Source: an uncultured Gammaproteobacteria bacterium
GTDB lineage: Bacteria; Patescibacteriota; Patescibacteriia; Magasanikbacterales; GWA2-37-8
Length of the DNA stretch: 64,000 nt
Direction: 5' to 3'
NCBI GenBank assembly: GCA_964561035.1
Contig: CAZLNR010000001.1
Coordinates: 40,577 to 104,576, forward strand
Shown in pieces: positions 59,057-64,000 of the stretch (position 1 is its first letter; each line of letters begins with the position of its first letter). The translations under genes and the position numbers were made by a program. A model generated the notes under the pieces. The model had not been told where the DNA came from. It did no database searches and saw nothing but the letters and a program-made list of their open reading frames with translations.

Positions 59057-59361
59057 GCCTACGTAAGTAGGCTCTTGTTATCCGGTATATTCTCCCGACC
59101 CCTTAAGTGAAAAAATATTTTTCTTTTAAGGGGTCGAAGGCGAATCCGGATCAGCCTGTCGATCTCCGGCTGGGACATTGTGAGTAGCATACGGGGAGAG
59201 CCCCAAGTTTTCGTCGCAAAGCAAGGAAGAGGTGACGACTTCTTTATAAGCAGACTTCTTCATGAGGAATGCTTAAAACTTGCTGGTGCGCAGGCTCACG
59301 ATGCAGATCCAGTCCGGTCTTGGGGGTGCGGGCCACTCGCGCTCGCACCCCCCTTCTTTTT
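59057..59361 (+). ncRNA. Candidate multi-domain structured ncRNA (about 300 nt) with own promoter and terminator
   Basis: TTGACA(59022)-N17-TAAGGT; nested helices; terminator GGGGGTGCGGGC/GCTCGCACCCCC plus T-tract. Confidence 0.6.
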
Positions 59362-59392
59362 CTTTAAAACCTTTTTTAAAGGGTTCTAAAGA

Positions 59393-59429
59393 AAACAAAA
59401 AATTCCGATAAGTTCGGAATTTTTTGTTT
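59393..59429 (-). terminator. Terminator downstream of recR
   Basis: AAACAAAAAATTCCGA-taagt-TCGGAATTTTTTGTTT. Confidence 0.75.
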
Positions 59430-59437
59430 ATTATTTT

Positions 59438-60037
59438 TTATTTTCCAGTTCTGTTTTTGATGGCGCTGCCAAGGGTTATTTCATCCGCATATTGCAAGTC
59501 GCTGCCCATAGGCAAGCCTCGCGCCAGCCGTGTTACAGAAATAGCGGGGTTTTTTTCTTTAATTTTTTTCTCAAGAAATAACATGGTTGTCTCTCCGGGC
59601 AAGTCGGGGTTAAAAGCTAAAATTATTTCCTTAAGCCCGGTATTTTTTTCAAGGCGCGCAAATAATTCTTTAATTTTTAATTTATCCATATCATCGCTGC
59701 CTGGCTCTATAACACCGCGCAGCACATGATAGAGGCCGCTAAAAATTCCGGTGCGTTCAATAACATGCATATCTTGCGGTTCGCAGACAATGCAAATTAC
59801 GGATTGATCTCTGTTTTTGTTTGAGCAGATAGCGCACGGATTAGTGTCGCCAAAGTCCCAGCATTGTTCGCAGCTTTTTACATTGTCTATTAACTCTTTG
59901 AGCGCCAGTGTAATTTCCGCAACTTCTTTTTTGCCGGATTTAAGCAAATAAAAAGCAAAGCGCTCGGCGGTTCGCTGTCCGACGCTTGGCAATTTGCGGA
60001 ATGCGCTAATTAAATGTTGAATTGACTTTGAGTACAT
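59438..60037 (-). CDS. recR: Recombination mediator RecR
   Basis: LPSVGQRTAER, C4 Zn finger, YHVLRG, RLARGLPMGSDLQYAD. Confidence 0.95.
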   Translation of the reverse strand: MYSKSIQHLISAFRKLPSVGQRTAERFAFYLLKSGKKEVAEITLALKELIDNVKSCEQCWDFGDTNPCAICSNKNRDQSVICIVCEPQDMHVIERTGIFSGLYHVLRGVIEPGSDDMDKLKIKELFARLEKNTGLKEIILAFNPDLPGETTMLFLEKKIKEKNPAISVTRLARGLPMGSDLQYADEITLGSAIKNRTGK

Positions 60038-60055
60038 GAAAATTAGTGGATTTTA

Positions 60056-60358
60056 CTATTGTTTTGGAAACAATCCTTCCAATCCGCCCATTTCCTGCAT
60101 TTTAGTTGCCATGATGCGCTGCATTTTTTTAATTGCATCACTGTGCGCATCTTTAATGGCATTTTGTAATTTTTCTTTTTTATCAACGGTAAGCAAGCTG
60201 TCCTCAATCGCTACGCCTGTAAGCTGGAAATTCCCATCCATTGTAAGGGTAACACCGCCGCTAGAAACAGAAGCGGATTCGGTTGAGAGAGTTTCTTGGA
60301 GCTTTTTTCCTTGTTCGCGCAAATCTTTAAATTGCTTGAGTTTTGAAAATACCGACAT
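60056..60358 (-). CDS. ybaB: YbaB/EbfC nucleoid-associated protein
   Basis: Upstream of recR; SSGGVTLTMDG..IEDSLL. Confidence 0.85.
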   Translation of the reverse strand: MSVFSKLKQFKDLREQGKKLQETLSTESASVSSGGVTLTMDGNFQLTGVAIEDSLLTVDKKEKLQNAIKDAHSDAIKKMQRIMATKMQEMGGLEGLFPKQ

Positions 60359-60398
60359 AAGATTATTTTAATAATTAATTATATTTATTATTTTAGTT

Positions 60399-61856
60399 TT
60401 ACATAGGTGGGTTTGCCAGGCCTGCTCCGCCGCTAAATGCCGATTTTGGCTTGAGTGCTTGCGGCGCAGGGGCAGAGCTCTCAACTGTGTAGCGAGTGGT
60501 AATGCTGCGGAAAGAAGCGCGCTGTTCGTCAAAGATCATTTTGGCTACGCCGGTTGGACCGTTACGGTGTTTGGCAATATGAATTTCGGCGCTATTTTTT
60601 TCATCCGGCGGTATATCTTCTGGACGGTAGTTTCTGTCGGCGGATTTACGGTAGATAAATAATACCACATCCGCATCTTGTTCAATAGAACCCGATTCGC
60701 GCAAGTGTGACAGCTTTGGGATTGCTGGCTTACTTAATTCTACGGTACGAGACAGCTGCGATAAGGCGAGTACTGGCACATTAAGTTCGCGCGCGATTCC
60801 TTTTAAGCCACGGGTTATTTCAGAAATTTCTTGTACGCGACTTTCGCTGTTGCCGCGAGATTCCATCAACTGCAAGTAGTCAATTACTATAAGTCCCAAT
60901 CCGTGTTCCATTTGCAAACGCCTGGATTTGGTGCGAATCTGCATAATATTATTATTTGGCGCGTCATCAATAAAGATTGGCGCTTCGGATAATACACCCA
61001 TAGCATGACCGATGCGAGGAAAATCATCGTCTTCGGGCCGGTCGCTCAGGCGGCCGGTTCTCATTTTCCATAAATCAACATTTGCTTCCGAGCATAACAG
61101 GCGATCTACCAGCTGTTCTTTACTCATTTCCAATGAAAAAACTCCCACTGGTATTTTTCTTTTTGCACCAATGTAGCGCACAATATCTAGTGCGAACGAT
61201 GTTTTACCCACACTAGGACGCGCGGCCAAGATTACTAAATCTGATTTTTGCAGACCGGCAAGCATGTTATCTAAATCTGGGTAACCAGTTGGCACGCCGC
61301 GCATTTGCCCTTTATTTTTATGCAGCTCATCAATACGATCGAAGGCGTCATTTAAGATGCCGCGAATCGGACTGAATGTTTGTTTCATGTAATTTTGAGA
61401 AACACCAAAGAGTTCTCGTTGTGCCTGATCTAGCAAAGTGTCTAGTTCTTCGTTTTCCTCATAGCCTAATTTGGAAATTTCATACGCAGCCCCCAAAAGA
61501 CGGCGGCGAGTTGCTTTTTTATGAACAATGTTTGCGTAGTTGACCACATGTGCCGCAGTTGGCACGATGTTGGTAAGAGATACCAAGTAACTGTGTCCGC
61601 CTACTTGTTCTAGTTGGTTTTTTTCTGTTAGTCTATTGCTTAACGTTAGAAGGTCAATTGGCTCATTTTTTTGGTATAGATCAATAATAGCCTCAAAAAT
61701 GCGCGCGTGGGCGTTTTTGTAAAAATCTTCTGACTGCACAACGTCAGCGATTTTTAACATCGCGTCTTTATCAAGCAAAATAGAGCCAAGCAGCGACATT
61801 TCCGCCTCTAAACTTTGTGGTGGTATTTTTTCAATTTGGTTTATGTCTTGGCTCAT
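60399..61856 (-). CDS. dnaB: Replicative DNA helicase
   Basis: PPQSLEAE, AARPSVGKT, FSLEMS, IDYLQL, LRESGSIEQDAD, KHRNGPTG. Confidence 0.97.
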   Translation of the reverse strand: MSQDINQIEKIPPQSLEAEMSLLGSILLDKDAMLKIADVVQSEDFYKNAHARIFEAIIDLYQKNEPIDLLTLSNRLTEKNQLEQVGGHSYLVSLTNIVPTAAHVVNYANIVHKKATRRRLLGAAYEISKLGYEENEELDTLLDQAQRELFGVSQNYMKQTFSPIRGILNDAFDRIDELHKNKGQMRGVPTGYPDLDNMLAGLQKSDLVILAARPSVGKTSFALDIVRYIGAKRKIPVGVFSLEMSKEQLVDRLLCSEANVDLWKMRTGRLSDRPEDDDFPRIGHAMGVLSEAPIFIDDAPNNNIMQIRTKSRRLQMEHGLGLIVIDYLQLMESRGNSESRVQEISEITRGLKGIARELNVPVLALSQLSRTVELSKPAIPKLSHLRESGSIEQDADVVLFIYRKSADRNYRPEDIPPDEKNSAEIHIAKHRNGPTGVAKMIFDEQRASFRSITTRYTVESSAPAPQALKPKSAFSGGAGLANPPM

Positions 61857-62020
61857 AGAAGTGTCTATAACAATAGTTTGTATATCTTAATCTAAGGCGT
61901 TTTTTTTGGCAAGAAAAATTGTATCTTTTTCTGTGGGTGGGTAGGGGATAAGGTGTGTCTAAATAATTTATTTGACAAATATGAGATAGTCCTCCTTAAT
62001 TATTATTAAGGAGGTGTGCC

Positions 62021-62398
62021 GTGAGCCTAAAACACTCGTTTGCGGTTCGTCTTAAAGACTCTCTTCTTTTTTTCGCAATATGGGACATACTTCCGGGTGA
62101 AACCCTGGACAATGCGATTGAGCGCATTGAATTTTCTCGTCCAGTCTTTGCGAGCGCAGGGCATCTTGATGTGGTGTTAGGAATGTTGCGAAATAGACGG
62201 TTGAAACTCAAAGGTTGGCGTACGCTATTTGGCGTGGGAGAGAAGTGTCGTATGCCGCTTGGTAATGGTGCTTTGGAGGGGGTGTGCGGTCTTGATGTGA
62301 GGGGTAAATCCATCTGGATTTACAGAGGTTCCTGCGTACCGACACGACAGTCTGGCGTGCTCGTGTTCGTAGCCGAACGTCCTGCAACAAAGGTGTAA
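62021..62398 (+). CDS. Hypothetical protein (ORFan) with strong SD
   Basis: TAAGGAGGTG directly before a GTG start; TTGACA at 61972. Confidence 0.6.
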   Translation: MSLKHSFAVRLKDSLLFFAIWDILPGETLDNAIERIEFSRPVFASAGHLDVVLGMLRNRRLKLKGWRTLFGVGEKCRMPLGNGALEGVCGLDVRGKSIWIYRGSCVPTRQSGVLVFVAERPATKV

Positions 62399-62524
62399 GG
62401 GATGCCTGCTCACAAACACCTCCTTACTCCTGATCTGAACTATAGTTATAAATGTAATAATCAGAAGATTGATTATTGTTTGTTTTTAGTTTCTTCTATA
62501 TACTTAAGATAGTTGCTGTGTTTT

Positions 62525-64000
62525 ATGCTGATAGTTATTTTGTTAATTTATCTCTTTATATTTGGACAGCTCGCCACTCTGCTGCTTAGGCGGTTTTTTG
62601 GTTTTACTAAAAATTTTTCTACTTTAATACTAGGTATGTTTTTGGTAGGTATAACAGCCAGCTGGCTTGGAGGGTTGGCCTTGATTTTTTTCACCTGGCA
62701 GCCGGTTACATTTGCCAGTGTGCTTGTGCTTAATGGGTTGTTGTATGTTCCGGCTTTGCGTTATAAAAAAAATAGTTATAGCCAGGATAGTAGTGTCGCG
62801 CAACCTGATAATGCTATGAGGGTGGATGTATGGACTGTGCTTGGTGTTGTTGTGTTTTTCGCATGTTTAGTTTATGGGTTTATTCTGCTTTCGCAATCTC
62901 GTTCTGGCGATGCAATTTTGACTCCATGGCAAACCATATCGCCGTTTTATATATATGTTTTTTTTGTTGCCACTTTCACTCTTGGGCTGCTTATTTTTTC
63001 CTCGTTAAAAACAAAAACAATTCTGCTATTTTTAATTTTACAAACATTTTTACTGCACAGCTATTTGCCAATGTCGCATAAGTTTATCTATGGTGCAGAT
63101 GGCTGGCGACATATCGCTAACGAGCAAAGATTTTTAGAAGGCAAAAAGTTTTTGCAGCCGCAGCTTGCTGGTGTAAGCGAACACAGTTCGTCGATAATGG
63201 AAAATTTTCAATCAAAAATAGGACAGCTGTCCTATGGAAATTTTTGGGCAGCCAATATTATGTTGGCGCAAATTTTTAAAACCGACTTGATTACGATAAC
63301 TAAATGGTTTTTGCCGGTTCTTTGGTCGCTTGTATTTCCGCTGCTGCTGTTTGAGCTTGGTTTGTTGTTCGGATGGGGTGATAAAAAATCATTGTTTTTT
63401 TCTTGGCTTGGCCTATTGCCATTTGCCTGGCATGCTGCCGGTTCATTTTCACTGCCAGTTAATTTTGGGTTTTTAATATGGTTATTTTTCTTATTGCTTT
63501 TACTCAAGCGATTAACAATTCCAAAATCAGGGCAAATGCTGTTGTTGGTTATAGCGGGTCTAAGTTTTGCGTTTGGATATAGTTTATTCTTTGTATTATT
63601 TGGTTTAGCATTTTTAACAGGGGAGTTTTTGCTTGTTCCGTTCAGGTTATCACAGAGAATCAAAAAAATTATCGCTGCTTGTGTAGTCGCTTTTGCTATT
63701 CCCGGACTAGAATTATTGGCAGGATATAGTCAGGCCACAATTCAAGTTGGCTGGCTTGGTCAGATTAAGCAGTTGATAGGAAATTTGCTTGGCGTATATT
63801 TTGCCAGCGGTCCTCGGCCGCACGACATTTCAACTGGTAATATTATACTAAACCAAACTCCGGCTGCGGCATTTGTCTTCAATATATTTGTGGATTGGCG
63901 CTGGTGGCTGGTTGGTTTCATGCTTTGTTTTTTTGGATTTGTTATATATGGGCAAATTAAAGCTTGGCACCAAGACAGGCTAGCGGTGCAGTGGATGTCG
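62525..64000 (+). CDS. Polytopic membrane protein, GT-C-like (3'-truncated, not in ORF track)
   Basis: Frame from ATG 62525 read open to window end (MLIVILLIYLFIFGQL..); many TM helices; loop motif YGADGWRH. Confidence 0.7.
   Translation, partial: MLIVILLIYLFIFGQLATLLLRRFFGFTKNFSTLILGMFLVGITASWLGGLALIFFTWQPVTFASVLVLNGLLYVPALRYKKNSYSQDSSVAQPDNAMRVDVWTVLGVVVFFACLVYGFILLSQSRSGDAILTPWQTISPFYIYVFFVATFTLGLLIFSSLKTKTILLFLILQTFLLHSYLPMSHKFIYGADGWRHIANEQRFLEGKKFLQPQLAGVSEHSSSIMENFQSKIGQLSYGNFWAANIMLAQIFKTDLITITKWFLPVLWSLVFPLLLFELGLLFGWGDKKSLFFSWLGLLPFAWHAAGSFSLPVNFGFLIWLFFLLLLLKRLTIPKSGQMLLLVIAGLSFAFGYSLFFVLFGLAFLTGEFLLVPFRLSQRIKKIIAACVVAFAIPGLELLAGYSQATIQVGWLGQIKQLIGNLLGVYFASGPRPHDISTGNIILNQTPAAAFVFNIFVDWRWWLVGFMLCFFGFVIYGQIKAWHQDRLAVQWMS

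Noticed and set aside
59180-59389. 69-aa ORF as a protein gene
   Set aside because: No clear RBS, it runs through the terminator and T-tract, and the region is better explained by RNA structure.
62830-63663. ORF-track 83-aa (+) and 143-aa (-) ORFs
   Set aside because: Shadows of the long open frame starting at 62525.

Overview
AT-rich, gene-dense bacterial chromosome segment in standard code 11, with few Shine-Dalgarno motifs. The gene content points to Patescibacteria/CPR, probably Parcubacteria (inference). Housekeeping genes include murG (partial), typA, dusB, cls, rarA, gdhA, yidC, hrcA-grpE-dnaK-dnaJ with a variant CIRCE, rnhA, murA, ctpA, era, rplI, pyrG, recJ, lepA, murJ, mraZ-rsmH-ftsL, rplU, recR, ybaB and dnaB. 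There are three tRNAs (Lys-TTT, Val-TAC, Glu-CTC), a surface-glycan cluster and a 1239-aa S-layer-like protein. No CRISPR, rRNA, transposase or phage genes were seen. The most notable observations are: (1) a membrane-anchored Zn-finger Clp-family ATPase with a degenerate first ATPase ring and no pore tyrosines, coupled to a small membrane protein; (2) two ECF sigma/DUF5667/surface-protein modules; (3) an Xis-like HTH gene with three TTGTATA-N8-TATACAA operators, one inside a 25-bp perfect inverted repeat; (4) a 139-bp structured element duplicating the tRNA-Val 3' end; (5) several unassigned structured RNAs (38.4 kb, 59.1 kb, S-layer leader); (6) ORFan cassettes whose 3' UTR can base-pair over their own RBS and start codon. 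Product calls are motif recognition by eye, not database results.
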